Shown here piece by piece: positions 23,446 to 32,837 of a DNA stretch of 64,000 nt; position 1 is the stretch's first letter, and each line of letters begins with the position of its first letter. This DNA comes from a virus (lineage: Duplodnaviria > Heunggongvirae > Uroviricota > Caudoviricetes), in IMG/VR virus record IMGVR_UViG_3300042398_001452; one strand, 5' to 3'. Both the position numbers and the translations under genes were made by a program. The notes under the pieces are model-generated. The model was not told the DNA's origin. It saw only the letters and a program-made list of their open reading frames with translations, and searched no databases.

Positions 23446-23866
23446 GGGCCCGCTTTGGATTTGACAGGCGGAGGTAGTTCTTTGAAATGATGCAGGCAGG
23501 GTTAGATTGGAAATCCTTAATCACCTATCGAACAATAAACGCAAACGTTTACAACACCGAGGATATCATGAGTATCCCAACTTCTCTTACTCGCGTAGCG
23601 GTAGCAGAGGAGGCTGAGTTGCTAATGGCAGCTTAACCGGCGGGCCGCACCGGCCTAGGAACAGAAAGGTGATGGTGGAGTCTGGTCTTACCTTAAAGAC
23701 CGAAACGGAAATTCGGCTCATACCGAAGAGTACACAGACTGAGCATTAAGTTTGTAATAAAAGAAATGCAAAAAAGTTTGTCCGTGTCGAACAACGGACT
23801 AAGCCTGTGAATGAGTTTCCTGAGCATTCGATCTGGACGAGGGTTCGACTCCCTCCGGGTCCACCA
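23446..23866 (+). ncRNA. ssrA: tmRNA (transfer-messenger RNA), about 421 nt, with encoded CCA
   Basis: 5' end GGGCCCGCUUUGGAUUUGACAGG resembles the canonical tmRNA 5' end GGGGCUGAUUCUGGAUUCGACGGG. The 3' end has T-arm GAGGGUUCGACUCCCUC and acceptor CGGGUCC-ACCA pairing with the 5' GGGCCCG. An internal reading frame ends with TAA at 23634-23636 (..AEEAELLMAA) followed by a GC hairpin, as in tmRNA tag regions. A terminator follows the CCA. Confidence 0.75.
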
Positions 23867-23870
23867 AAAA

Positions 23871-23900
23871 TAAATCCCACTCTTATAGGGTGGGATTTTT
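23871..23900. terminator. bidirectional terminator between tmRNA and the convergent GGCT gene
   Basis: AAATCCCAC-TCTTATAG-GGTGGGATTT with an A-run on the left and a T-run on the right. Confidence 0.7.
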
Positions 23901-24335
23901 ATTGATTATTGATGTCAACATCTTTTGGTAATCTGGTGAAAGTAATGATGATCCTTCTATCAAGAATTTCATGTAATCGTCAGTGGGTTTAAGACCTTCT
24001 ACTATGTAATCGTTCTGAGCTATGTACGTTATACATTCTATTTTATTACCACATGAGCTCACATTAATTTTTTCTCTTCTATAATGTACAGGAGCTCCCT
24101 CGAATTTATCTAGTTTTTCAAGGTGTGACTCTCTTATTTCAAAGATTATTCCTTCTACTGCATCTCCTTCGCTTTCTTCTATGTTTGCAAAAGACCAATC
24201 ACCTTTAGAAGATTTTTTATTGAATTTTAATACATAATTATTAAGAATTCCTTGAGTTCTAGAAAGTGGTGTTACTCCCCTTTTTATCATTCTAGTAACA
24301 CTCATATTAGATCCATATGCAAAATATTTTATCAT
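23883..24335 (-). CDS. gamma-glutamyl cyclotransferase (GGCT/AIG2)-like protein, 150 aa
   Basis: N-terminal YFAYGSNM and downstream GxxxEGxxVxGxxFE..LDxxEG pattern typical of the GGCT/AIG2 fold. Confidence 0.65.
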   Translation of the reverse strand: MIKYFAYGSNMSVTRMIKRGVTPLSRTQGILNNYVLKFNKKSSKGDWSFANIEESEGDAVEGIIFEIRESHLEKLDKFEGAPVHYRREKINVSSCGNKIECITYIAQNDYIVEGLKPTDDYMKFLIEGSSLLSPDYQKMLTSIINKNPTL

Positions 24336-24388
24336 TCTAATTATTAATCTTATAAAATATATATAATAAAGAAAATTAATAGATTAAA

Positions 24389-24898
24389 TTGGAAGATAAG
24401 GTTTATGCTATATTAAAATTAGAGGTAGAGAGTTCGTATCAAATGGTATATCTTTATTTCTATTGTTATGTTGCTAATAGTGAGGAAGATATAGTTAAGA
24501 ATTTCAGAGACGATCTTTATTCCTATTTTGACAGGATACCTAGGGGATTAAGTAAAATATCAGATTTTAAGGAAAAGCTTGGCTCCTATAATTATGATCT
24601 TAATGAAGAGACAGGAGATGTAGAGTTAATTGATTTTAAAATATATTCAGATCCTTTGGAGTTTTACATAGATATGAAGGGGTGCTGGACGATTGAGAAA
24701 AATCCAGAAGAAACAAAAAATGAAAGGGACCTTGAGGATATAAATTTCATCTATAGAGATCTAACAGTTAATGATGATTATAATACAGCTAGAGTTATTA
24801 TGGTTAGGGATTTAGCCGATAATATATTCCAGTATAATATGGATTTTATGACCGAGTATCGTGTATCTTACGATCCTTATAAAATCCCCTCTAAATAG
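24389..24898 (+). CDS. hypothetical protein (169 aa)
   Basis: Track ORF. Confidence 0.55.
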   Translation: MEDKVYAILKLEVESSYQMVYLYFYCYVANSEEDIVKNFRDDLYSYFDRIPRGLSKISDFKEKLGSYNYDLNEETGDVELIDFKIYSDPLEFYIDMKGCWTIEKNPEETKNERDLEDINFIYRDLTVNDDYNTARVIMVRDLADNIFQYNMDFMTEYRVSYDPYKIPSK

Positions 24899-25490
24899 AT
24901 TTCAATCTATCTATTGGAAATTTATCAACAGAATATTTAGTTATAATAGCATTAGAGATATTTAGTCCTAATTCGTTATATATGTCTGTGATGTCTGTGG
25001 TTTTTGTGATAATCATTCCAGATTCTTGTGCTTTCTTCATTATGAAGTGATTGTATATTCTAGATCTTCTATCATCGCCTAGTGATTCTGATTTTGCAAC
25101 CACTATAATAGATATTAAGTTTCCGCCTTTACTTCTCTCTTTAGCCCATTCCTTTACCGCCCACCACACACTGCCCATAACATCTTGCATATTGTTTCTT
25201 CCTGTGAGCGAGTCTGAGTATTCTGTATCGGACGGATCAGCTTTAGACGAGAAATGTATTTCTAGAGTTACTGTGTTGTCTTCCCATCTTCTTACCAGAA
25301 TAAAAACTTTATATGGAGCTCCGTCTATTTCAAATTCATAGGTCATATCTTCATCCCTTGCTGGAATTTTGTTTATAACCTTGATGTCTGGGATTGTGTC
25401 CCACATCTCATTAAGAAACTGGTAGTATTTAAGAATTGATCTCATTCTTTTTATATATCGTTGTTTTTGATATATAGATATATGAAACAT
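24891..25490 (-). CDS. hypothetical protein (199 aa; alternative start at 25445 gives 184 aa)
   Basis: Track ORF on the minus strand, convergent with 24389..24898. Confidence 0.55.
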   Translation of the reverse strand: MFHISIYQKQRYIKRMRSILKYYQFLNEMWDTIPDIKVINKIPARDEDMTYEFEIDGAPYKVFILVRRWEDNTVTLEIHFSSKADPSDTEYSDSLTGRNNMQDVMGSVWWAVKEWAKERSKGGNLISIIVVAKSESLGDDRRSRIYNHFIMKKAQESGMIITKTTDITDIYNELGLNISNAIITKYSVDKFPIDRLKSI

Positions 25491-26555
25491 ATTAAATATT
25501 TCTCTGAGATCAATGAATCTAAAGAAGAATCAACAGAGATATTAGATTTTATAAAATCTTCACCAGAGGGTATTGATCTTTCTAGAATAAACGACAGGGG
25601 TACAGATATAAACAATATGTTTGAATTAGTAAGAACAGGGAGGGTATATTGTATTGGATTTGGCTCTAAAACTTATATAGATAAAAATCACAATGGAAAT
25701 TATTGCTGGCAAAGCCTATCTAACGGTAAGATATTTGCTCAAGAGTGCTATTCCACACTAAAAGAATGTATTAGAGAATTTTTTGTTACTGTGGTAAGTA
25801 GACAAATATCAGGAATGTATGGGGTTAAAAAGGAGGAAATGAGAAACTGGGTTTCTTCTAATATTCCTGTCGGTATGGGATTAACTATGTCTGATATAAT
25901 AGAAAAATATAAGGAATTAGAGGGAAAGAAAAAAGTGGATTTCTTAGAACTTTCTAAGGATAGTAGGGCTTTAAATATTATTGTTAATGCTTTTGGTGGA
26001 ATATTTGAAAAGCAACCTTATGATTATGACAGATATGACGAATACACATTAACTTTTAATATTTTTAAACCATTTGGGTTAGATATATGCGAATATGGTG
26101 ATAGAGCAAGACCTATTAGTGTCGTTATTAGAGCTGGTATGAAGGGAAAAAATAGCATTAAATCAGATTGGCACGGTGAGATTGTAAGTTTAGGAGATCA
26201 TGATACCGCTTTAAAATATTTCGATACTTCCTTACCTAAACTTCTAATTAATAAGTTATCAGGTAATAATAATAATGGGTATGGTTATTATATTCAGGGA
26301 GTAGATAATCTTTGTCCAGAATTATTGGAGTTGGTAAAATATATTTTTAGGGGAGATTATGATGTTAATAATAATCTTTCAGATATACTGGATTCATATC
26401 TTTCTAAAATTAAAACAAAAAATCCTATAATTTTTTCATCAGCAATACAATCATTAGAATCTAGTGGTAAATTCCCGGAATTGGTTGATAAGTATATTAA
26501 AAGCGATAAAGCTACTATCAAAGCAGGATCTATTTTAAAAAGATTTGAGCTTTAA
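25482..26555 (+). CDS. leader-family protein (MKHIKYFSEI) with shared C-terminal module (..SAIQSLESSGKFPELVDKYIK..KAGSILKRFEL), 358 aa
   Basis: Track ORF 25461..26555 trimmed to the ATG that begins the leader. The C-terminal about 40 aa align with 9030, 29417 and 31305 ORFs. Confidence 0.7.
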   Translation: MKHIKYFSEINESKEESTEILDFIKSSPEGIDLSRINDRGTDINNMFELVRTGRVYCIGFGSKTYIDKNHNGNYCWQSLSNGKIFAQECYSTLKECIREFFVTVVSRQISGMYGVKKEEMRNWVSSNIPVGMGLTMSDIIEKYKELEGKKKVDFLELSKDSRALNIIVNAFGGIFEKQPYDYDRYDEYTLTFNIFKPFGLDICEYGDRARPISVVIRAGMKGKNSIKSDWHGEIVSLGDHDTALKYFDTSLPKLLINKLSGNNNNGYGYYIQGVDNLCPELLELVKYIFRGDYDVNNNLSDILDSYLSKIKTKNPIIFSSAIQSLESSGKFPELVDKYIKSDKATIKAGSILKRFEL

Positions 26556-26572
26556 TATAGGATATATAATGA

Positions 26573-27094
26573 ATGATGAATTTTATTAATTTTAATCAGG
26601 AATATACTGTAGGTAACCTAACATATAAAAAATATATTCTATATTCTGGAGAAGATATAGAAAGAATAAAATCTGAAATAGTAGAAGACATAAAAGACGA
26701 GTGGGAGAATGAATTTGATGACATATCTGACATTTACTCAAGTTTTGATTTAGATAGTATTTCTTACGATACCAATGATATTATTAATGAGTATATAAAA
26801 AGCCGTAATACTGAACTTACTAGTTATAGATTACTTTTGAGTGACGAACCTTATACAGATATAAGACAAGCAATAGATTTTTATTTTGAATACCTTTCTA
26901 TAAGGCAGGAGGATTTAAATGATATCATTTATAATACTAAATTCTTTTTTGCTGGTTATTATGAGGATGTTAATCAGCTAATAGGTATAGTAAATAAGAA
27001 TGCTTTAAGCTATCTAATGGGATTTAAGGAAGACTATAAGATTTCATTGTCTAATCATTATATCGATAAGATAACTAAAATCCTAGCATATTAA
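26573..27094 (+). CDS. hypothetical acidic protein (173 aa), paralog of 21868..22380
   Basis: See the paralog alignment described for 21868..22380. Confidence 0.6.
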   Translation: MMNFINFNQEYTVGNLTYKKYILYSGEDIERIKSEIVEDIKDEWENEFDDISDIYSSFDLDSISYDTNDIINEYIKSRNTELTSYRLLLSDEPYTDIRQAIDFYFEYLSIRQEDLNDIIYNTKFFFAGYYEDVNQLIGIVNKNALSYLMGFKEDYKISLSNHYIDKITKILAY

Positions 27095-27100
27095 AAAAAT

Positions 27101-27913
27101 ATGAAATACATTAAACTATTTGAAGCTTTTTTAGCTAGTGATAATAAATCAACTATAATTTTATTTGGACCTCAAGGAGTGGGAAAAAGCACACTGGCTA
27201 AACAGTTAGGGAACGAGTTAAACATGGGAGTTATTGGCTCAGATGATTTTATAGATCAAGGGAATTGGTCAGCAGAGGAAATATGGAGTAAAGGATGGCA
27301 AGTTAGAAAACAAAATGAATATAAAGGAATGGTTAATTATCTTAATGATAATTTAGGTAAGCCTGTTATATTGGATGTTGGCGGTAGTCATGGAGTATGG
27401 GATGGAAAAATGCTAGAAGATATTATTGGTATGCTAGAGTCATATCCTAATAGATTCTTAATAATACCTTCTGAGAACGAAATAGAAAATCAGGAGTTTT
27501 TAAGAGGAAGATTATTAAAAAGGGAATTAGATATGCACCCTTCCAATATTAAATACTGGGAGGCTATTTTGAAGGGGGATACAAGCTTTGCAAAAGATTT
27601 TGATCACGAAAAAAGAAGTGAATTTTTAGAGAGAATAGAATTAGTAAAAAAAGAAGAAAAATATAGAACTATGGCTATGAATATGCTTAAATCTAGCCAG
27701 AATAGATATAACTCTCTAAAGAGAGGGGTTGAATGGATGGTGTATGATGATTCACCTGAACAAAAATTCGATTTTGAAATGAATAAGATGGAAGATTATT
27801 CAAAGTTCTTTATAGACACAATGAAAAATTCAGGGATAGCTAATCATATAATTTACAATAAAGAAAAGTCCTCTGATTTATTAGTTGGTGAAATAACAAA
27901 ATTATTAAAATGA
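27101..27913 (+). CDS. P-loop kinase-like protein with leader MKYIKLFEAF (270 aa)
   Basis: Walker A IILFGPQGVGKSTLAKQ after the leader. First 39 nt of this gene are identical to those of 27915..28637. Confidence 0.7.
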   Translation: MKYIKLFEAFLASDNKSTIILFGPQGVGKSTLAKQLGNELNMGVIGSDDFIDQGNWSAEEIWSKGWQVRKQNEYKGMVNYLNDNLGKPVILDVGGSHGVWDGKMLEDIIGMLESYPNRFLIIPSENEIENQEFLRGRLLKRELDMHPSNIKYWEAILKGDTSFAKDFDHEKRSEFLERIELVKKEEKYRTMAMNMLKSSQNRYNSLKRGVEWMVYDDSPEQKFDFEMNKMEDYSKFFIDTMKNSGIANHIIYNKEKSSDLLVGEITKLLK

Positions 27914-27914
27914 T

Positions 27915-28637
27915 ATGAAATACATTAAACTATTTGAAGCTTTTTTAGCTAAAAAAAATCCAAGGTATAAAAAACCGGAATATGAATTTAAGGAGTTCTA
28001 TAGGGTTTTTAAGGGTTATCCCGAGTTAAGAGCTCTTCTCCCTTCTGATATTGATCAGGATGTATTTTCTATTAAATCAGACGGATTTGGTGGGGAACCT
28101 AAATGGTTAGATAAACACTTAGATCCACCTAGTAAGTCTGACGAGATCACTACTGATGCTCTTTTAAGAATAGCAGAAGAGATGGATCCAAGATTTGTTC
28201 CTCTTATTCTTTGGTGTTGTGATTTATTTGAAAAGGGTGAGATGGAGAAGATGACTTTAGATTATATACGTCCAAGATTAAGATCTGATTTTAAGAATCA
28301 CGATTGGGCGGAGTTAGAAAAAAATCCGGATCTTTTAGACCAATGCGAGAAAGAATACAATAAAGCAATTGATGTAGGATTAGATGATGATATTCTTAAT
28401 AATACAGAAGGACTTGTACAAGAGTATCCTGATATCACTATATGGAAGGCTCAATTCTGGACTTATGTTAAGGGATCAATAGCACATTTTAATCGTGTCG
28501 AAGCCAGCGGAGGTGAATTACCTTGTACTCAGTTTATATTGTATAGAGGTAAATATTACACTGTGGGTGGTAGAAGAAGAATGTTCTGGCACTTCTATAA
28601 TCATGTGGATCCTACTGTATGGATAATGGAATTATAA
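27915..28637 (+). CDS. leader-family protein (MKYIKLFEAF), 240 aa
   Basis: Leader is identical at DNA level to the preceding gene. Rest of the protein is unrelated. Confidence 0.65.
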   Translation: MKYIKLFEAFLAKKNPRYKKPEYEFKEFYRVFKGYPELRALLPSDIDQDVFSIKSDGFGGEPKWLDKHLDPPSKSDEITTDALLRIAEEMDPRFVPLILWCCDLFEKGEMEKMTLDYIRPRLRSDFKNHDWAELEKNPDLLDQCEKEYNKAIDVGLDDDILNNTEGLVQEYPDITIWKAQFWTYVKGSIAHFNRVEASGGELPCTQFILYRGKYYTVGGRRRMFWHFYNHVDPTVWIMEL

Positions 28638-28685
28638 GGAAATACCAATACACTAGAATATATACAACAAATAGAAATTAAATAG

Positions 28686-29414
28686 ATGAAACATCTTAGA
28701 CCATTTAACGAAATAAACGAGCATTTAGGCGGAAAAGATATTAGTAGTATCGATAGAATGAAAAATAAATACCCTAAAGGTATAGAGATTCCTAAAGAAA
28801 TAAAAGCTACAGGATCTGGTAATTTCTCTATTGGCGTTGATTCGTTAGATCCTGAGTCTAAAAAATTCATGGAAATTGTCGAGATTATTAATGATCTATT
28901 ACAAAACTCAAAAGGAGATGTTAAAGTAAAAGTTAGCGCTGGTGCTTCTGCTGTAGGGCAGGGAAGATATGATAATCAGGGTCTTGCTGAAAGAAGAAGA
29001 GATAACACAATAGAGGCTCTTAAAAAATATCCTTTTATAGATCCTAAGAGAATTGTTTTTATACCAGGAAAAGCAACAGTCGGAAAATCAACAGTTAAAG
29101 GATCTAAAGAAGCTGAGGGTGAACAATATGTTATCGTTGAAGTTTCAGGAACTGGTAGTTTAAATGTTCCTATTACCGGTGTTCAGGGTGATAATACTAA
29201 TGTATATAGACCTGAGTTATTTAAATTTGACGGGAAGAAAAATAACAGCGATGACGACGACTTTGATTTTACTAAAACAAAGATAAAAAGAATATGTTTA
29301 CAGCTTCCTGAGCCTTATGTAGATAAATTTATCGAGATGCTAGGAAAATTCAGAAGGGATAATGGATTTGAAAAGATCCCTTATGGAATCTATGATATAG
29401 AGCCTAAGAAATAA
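28686..29414 (+). CDS. leader-family protein (MKHLRPFNEI) with OmpA-like peptidoglycan-binding-type motif, 242 aa
   Basis: VKVSAGASAVGQGRYDNQGLAERRRDNTIEAL resembles the OmpA_C core (G-x-T/A-D..G...YN..LS..RA..V). Confidence 0.55.
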   Translation: MKHLRPFNEINEHLGGKDISSIDRMKNKYPKGIEIPKEIKATGSGNFSIGVDSLDPESKKFMEIVEIINDLLQNSKGDVKVKVSAGASAVGQGRYDNQGLAERRRDNTIEALKKYPFIDPKRIVFIPGKATVGKSTVKGSKEAEGEQYVIVEVSGTGSLNVPITGVQGDNTNVYRPELFKFDGKKNNSDDDDFDFTKTKIKRICLQLPEPYVDKFIEMLGKFRRDNGFEKIPYGIYDIEPKK

Positions 29415-29416
29415 TA

Positions 29417-29989
29417 ATGAAATATATTAAGATTTTTGAATATTTCCCGCCTGATACAAAATTTGAGGTGGTTGAAAAATATCCAATGAATATTGAGAAG
29501 TTTTTTATCGATGCACCTTTTCAGGATTTTATTTCATTTATAAGTAAAAATTACCCAAAGAGTAGTTTTCTACATGCTTTTGTTAATTCTACCTGGGATT
29601 CCTACAATAAGGAAAAAATATTTATTTTATTGAGTCAATCTACACTTTGGTCTAAAAACGGTGTAATAGAATCTGAGCCAGTTGAAAGACTATTAGGTAT
29701 TACTATGTCTTACGATGGTAATATAAAAGCATCCGGATGGGACAATAATAAATTAGCAACAGACGAAGAACTAAATCAGGCTTCATCCGTTATATCTAAT
29801 AGTGGTTTAATGGATGAAAAACTTAAAGAGTATTTAGAAGAAGTAAGATCTAAAGATGCAGTATTATTTTCCCGTACTATTAACAAATTAGATACCAATG
29901 GAATTTTTCAAAATATTTCTAAATATTTTAAAGAGAAATATCCAGCTTTTTTTAAAGCAGGAAGTATACTGTCAAGATTTTCGAACTAA
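29417..29989 (+). CDS. leader-family protein (MKYIKIFEYF) with shared C-terminal module (..RTINKLDTNGIFQNISKYFKEKYPAFFKAGSILSRFSN), 190 aa
   Basis: Conserved at both termini. Overlapping start/stop with the upstream gene. Confidence 0.65.
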   Translation: MKYIKIFEYFPPDTKFEVVEKYPMNIEKFFIDAPFQDFISFISKNYPKSSFLHAFVNSTWDSYNKEKIFILLSQSTLWSKNGVIESEPVERLLGITMSYDGNIKASGWDNNKLATDEELNQASSVISNSGLMDEKLKEYLEEVRSKDAVLFSRTINKLDTNGIFQNISKYFKEKYPAFFKAGSILSRFSN

Positions 29990-30534
29990 TTTTTAAAAAA
30001 TTCTATGGTTGCCCATCTAGAGGGGGATTCTGCTAAAATCATTCTTCTTGATTTCCAATGATTTATATTCCCTAATTTTTTATCAGCAACTCCCCATATG
30101 TAATCATAGTTTAAATTGCTAACCCAATCTTTTAGCATGTTGCCAAATCCCATGTTTCTGTATTCAGGGTATACTGAAAGTGCTATCCCTTGTAATCCTT
30201 TCCCGTATAGATTCTCCATATATATTTTGGTTTCATCTGGCGGAAAATCTTTTATTTCGTCCATTTTTATTTGTTCTATAAAAGTGGTTGCAGATTTTTC
30301 GTTTAATAAATAACAACCCACTATTTTTTCATTTATAGAAAGGTATATCGATAACCCGTTTGAAAGTCTTGGCTGTATTCTTTTTCTTAATGATTCTTTG
30401 CTATCTTCTAAAAATCCAAAGGATGAATATAAAACATCTATAACATCTTCTTCCTTATCTGGTGTAATCACATCTATTAGGACATCATTTTTTGATTCAG
30501 AAATAAATGAATAGAAAGAATTTAGGTATTTCAT
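29986..30534 (-). CDS. GNAT-family acetyltransferase-like protein (about 183 aa from ATG at 30534; track ORF extends to 30645)
   Basis: IVGCYLL...GIALSVYPEYRNMGFGNMLKD resembles GNAT motif A (Q/R-x-x-G-x-G/A). Only minus-strand gene in this plus-strand run. Confidence 0.5.
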   Translation of the reverse strand: MKYLNSFYSFISESKNDVLIDVITPDKEEDVIDVLYSSFGFLEDSKESLRKRIQPRLSNGLSIYLSINEKIVGCYLLNEKSATTFIEQIKMDEIKDFPPDETKIYMENLYGKGLQGIALSVYPEYRNMGFGNMLKDWVSNLNYDYIWGVADKKLGNINHWKSRRMILAESPSRWATIEFFKN

Positions 30535-30573
30535 ATATCTTATATATTCCCAATTATTTAAGATATATAAAGG

Positions 30574-31308
30574 ATGAATCATATTAAGTCTATAGAGGAA
30601 TTCATATTTGAAAAAAAGAATCCTTGTTGGCCGGGATACAAGCAAATAGGAATGAAAAATAAGAACGGTAAAAAAGTTCCTAATTGTGTAAAGGTTAACG
30701 AGCAGCTTTTTTCCGATGCTAGAAAGTTTTCACAAATGTTAGGTGTGGGAAATCAAGATTCTCAGCAAGCCCCGTATGTTAACACTCCTACTGGACCTAT
30801 ACAAACATCAAGAAACGATGAAGCATCCTGTCCTAATAATGATTGTTGGTCACACTTTGGTAAGGAAGCTTTTTGGAATGGCGACAGTAAAATAAATAAT
30901 ATAACAGTACCTAAAATTACAATACAAAAATCACCCACTCTTTTTAAAATAACATACAGTGGACAGGTATCGGGATTTTTATTAAAACATGCTAAAGGAG
31001 GAAAGGGTGATACTATACATCAATTATTAAATGTATTAACTCTAGAATTAAATGAATACCTGAAAGGAGTTTCTGCAAAACCAGATGTAAATAGAATAAA
31101 AATGACAAAATCTGGTAATGTATTGGAGATTGAAGTACCATTGGTTAGTGGGAATGGTAAAAAATATATGATAGCTAGAAGAGGAGGATTAGGTCACGGT
31201 GGTGATTTTACTGGACTTAGAAAATATAAAAAAATGGAGGGTTACGAAGAAGCTGTACATAAAAGCGAGAATCTAACTGAAAAGTTTGTAACTGTGGTTG
31301 TATCATGA
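30574..31308 (+). CDS. leader-family protein (MNHIKSIEEF), 244 aa
   Basis: Track ORF with leader at N-terminus. Confidence 0.65.
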   Translation: MNHIKSIEEFIFEKKNPCWPGYKQIGMKNKNGKKVPNCVKVNEQLFSDARKFSQMLGVGNQDSQQAPYVNTPTGPIQTSRNDEASCPNNDCWSHFGKEAFWNGDSKINNITVPKITIQKSPTLFKITYSGQVSGFLLKHAKGGKGDTIHQLLNVLTLELNEYLKGVSAKPDVNRIKMTKSGNVLEIEVPLVSGNGKKYMIARRGGLGHGGDFTGLRKYKKMEGYEEAVHKSENLTEKFVTVVVS

Positions 31309-32828
31309 GTAGGATAAAAGGATTTAGCAATTTTATGGATGAAGGGATATATTGGGAAACATTAAAAGAATCCTATAGACGTGTTAAAGGTGTAGCTGTT
31401 AAGGTTTTCAATGCTTTTAAGAATGAGGGGAAAGAAACTTCGGAGATGATGAGAGTTTTTAATTACCAGCTGAGAAAGAAATTAAAACTTGATACAAGAG
31501 GAGACAATCCAACACAAGAGGAAATTAATATGGCCTTAGAGCAATTAAAAGATATTCCAAGATTAGCTCCTTATGCAATTATTCTACTTTCATCACCTAT
31601 ACCTTTTTCGAGTGTTATGTATACTGCTTTAGGAGTATATCTAAAGAGGATAAGCGGGGGATATATAAATCTTCTACCAGGATCTTTCAATAATATATTT
31701 AATGATCCTATTAAGGACGAAAAAATAGATGAAAAAAATATGAAATTTTTAAAATACTTCCATTTATTTGAATCGAGTAATTGGAAATTTACTTTTCCTA
31801 AAACAGATTCTGAATTGAACTCTATGCTAGAAGGACCCGCTGGAAAAAGCCTAAGGGAAATAAAGCAATTTCCTGATGAAATGAGATATGGTACTCCTTC
31901 AATTAGTCAAGGAAAAAGTATACAAATTTGGTCAGGAGCGGGTTACAATCTTATAGCTTCACTTCAAGGAAATATAGTATATGGAACAATGAGAGTATAT
32001 CCTTCAGTGATGCCAGTTCACCAAAGCTTAGAGATACTTATTGACTTTCTAACAATTTATCTTTTCTGTATATCTAAAAGAATTACTTATCATTCAGTGG
32101 AGGAATTTGTTTATTTAGGTAAGCCTCTTAGTTTATCAATATACAATAAGTGTATTCCTAGACCTAAACAATTCGAGGTAATAATTGGAATTGCTAAAAA
32201 ATATAACGGGAATTCTAATATTGAATCCATTATATCTAAAATAAAATCTGATTCTGATAGCAATGTACCATTTAGCCAGGAAACCTTAAATAAGAGTAGG
32301 GCCTATAGATTTTTCGATGAGGTATTTAAATTTAGTATAGGAGATGATAATTCAGATTTTTATCAGATAAATGGCGAGTATTTTGTTCCCTTCGGTATAA
32401 AGGGGACAGGTCGCGATTATAACAGGGGTATGGTTATATACATTCCTAAGAATAAATTTAATTATAAAAAGGAAGATAATGCTATAAAATTTATAGATAA
32501 ACAAATAATAGATAAGGTAAGAGAAAATTTAAGATATAACTATCGGACTCTTAATTCAGATGAAAATGGAGAACTTATTAAAAATCTGACCGAAGCTTTA
32601 TTAGAAGTTTATAATAGTGGAACGGAATTATTATATAGTGGTGGTGATTTATATAGTAGAATAAGAGATATATTAGATTCTGTAAGATTAAAAAATCCGG
32701 TATTATTCTCTGAATTTTTACAAGGACTATCCAATATAGCTGAATTTAAAGAACTAGCAGATGAATATATCGAAAAATATCAATCTTCTTTCAGAAGTGG
32801 TAATATATTAAGTAGATTTAGAAAGTAA
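31305..32828 (+). CDS. large leader-family protein (MSRIKGFSNF) with shared C-terminal module (..FRSGNILSRFRK), 507 aa
   Basis: Conserved at both termini. C-terminal ..SEFLQGLSNIAEFKELADEYIEKYQSSFRSGNILSRFRK aligns with the other tails. Confidence 0.7.
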   Translation: MSRIKGFSNFMDEGIYWETLKESYRRVKGVAVKVFNAFKNEGKETSEMMRVFNYQLRKKLKLDTRGDNPTQEEINMALEQLKDIPRLAPYAIILLSSPIPFSSVMYTALGVYLKRISGGYINLLPGSFNNIFNDPIKDEKIDEKNMKFLKYFHLFESSNWKFTFPKTDSELNSMLEGPAGKSLREIKQFPDEMRYGTPSISQGKSIQIWSGAGYNLIASLQGNIVYGTMRVYPSVMPVHQSLEILIDFLTIYLFCISKRITYHSVEEFVYLGKPLSLSIYNKCIPRPKQFEVIIGIAKKYNGNSNIESIISKIKSDSDSNVPFSQETLNKSRAYRFFDEVFKFSIGDDNSDFYQINGEYFVPFGIKGTGRDYNRGMVIYIPKNKFNYKKEDNAIKFIDKQIIDKVRENLRYNYRTLNSDENGELIKNLTEALLEVYNSGTELLYSGGDLYSRIRDILDSVRLKNPVLFSEFLQGLSNIAEFKELADEYIEKYQSSFRSGNILSRFRK

Positions 32829-32837
32829 TTTTAAAAA

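Noticed and set aside
23446-23900. tmRNA as the attB/attP junction of an integrated prophage (host ssrA)
   Set aside because: The same leader-family and EPM-bearing gene types occur on both sides (13634, 19101 on the left; 25482 onward on the right). Base composition does not change across the tmRNA, and no integrase is nearby. So the tmRNA appears to belong to the element. Cannot be fully excluded without the host genome.
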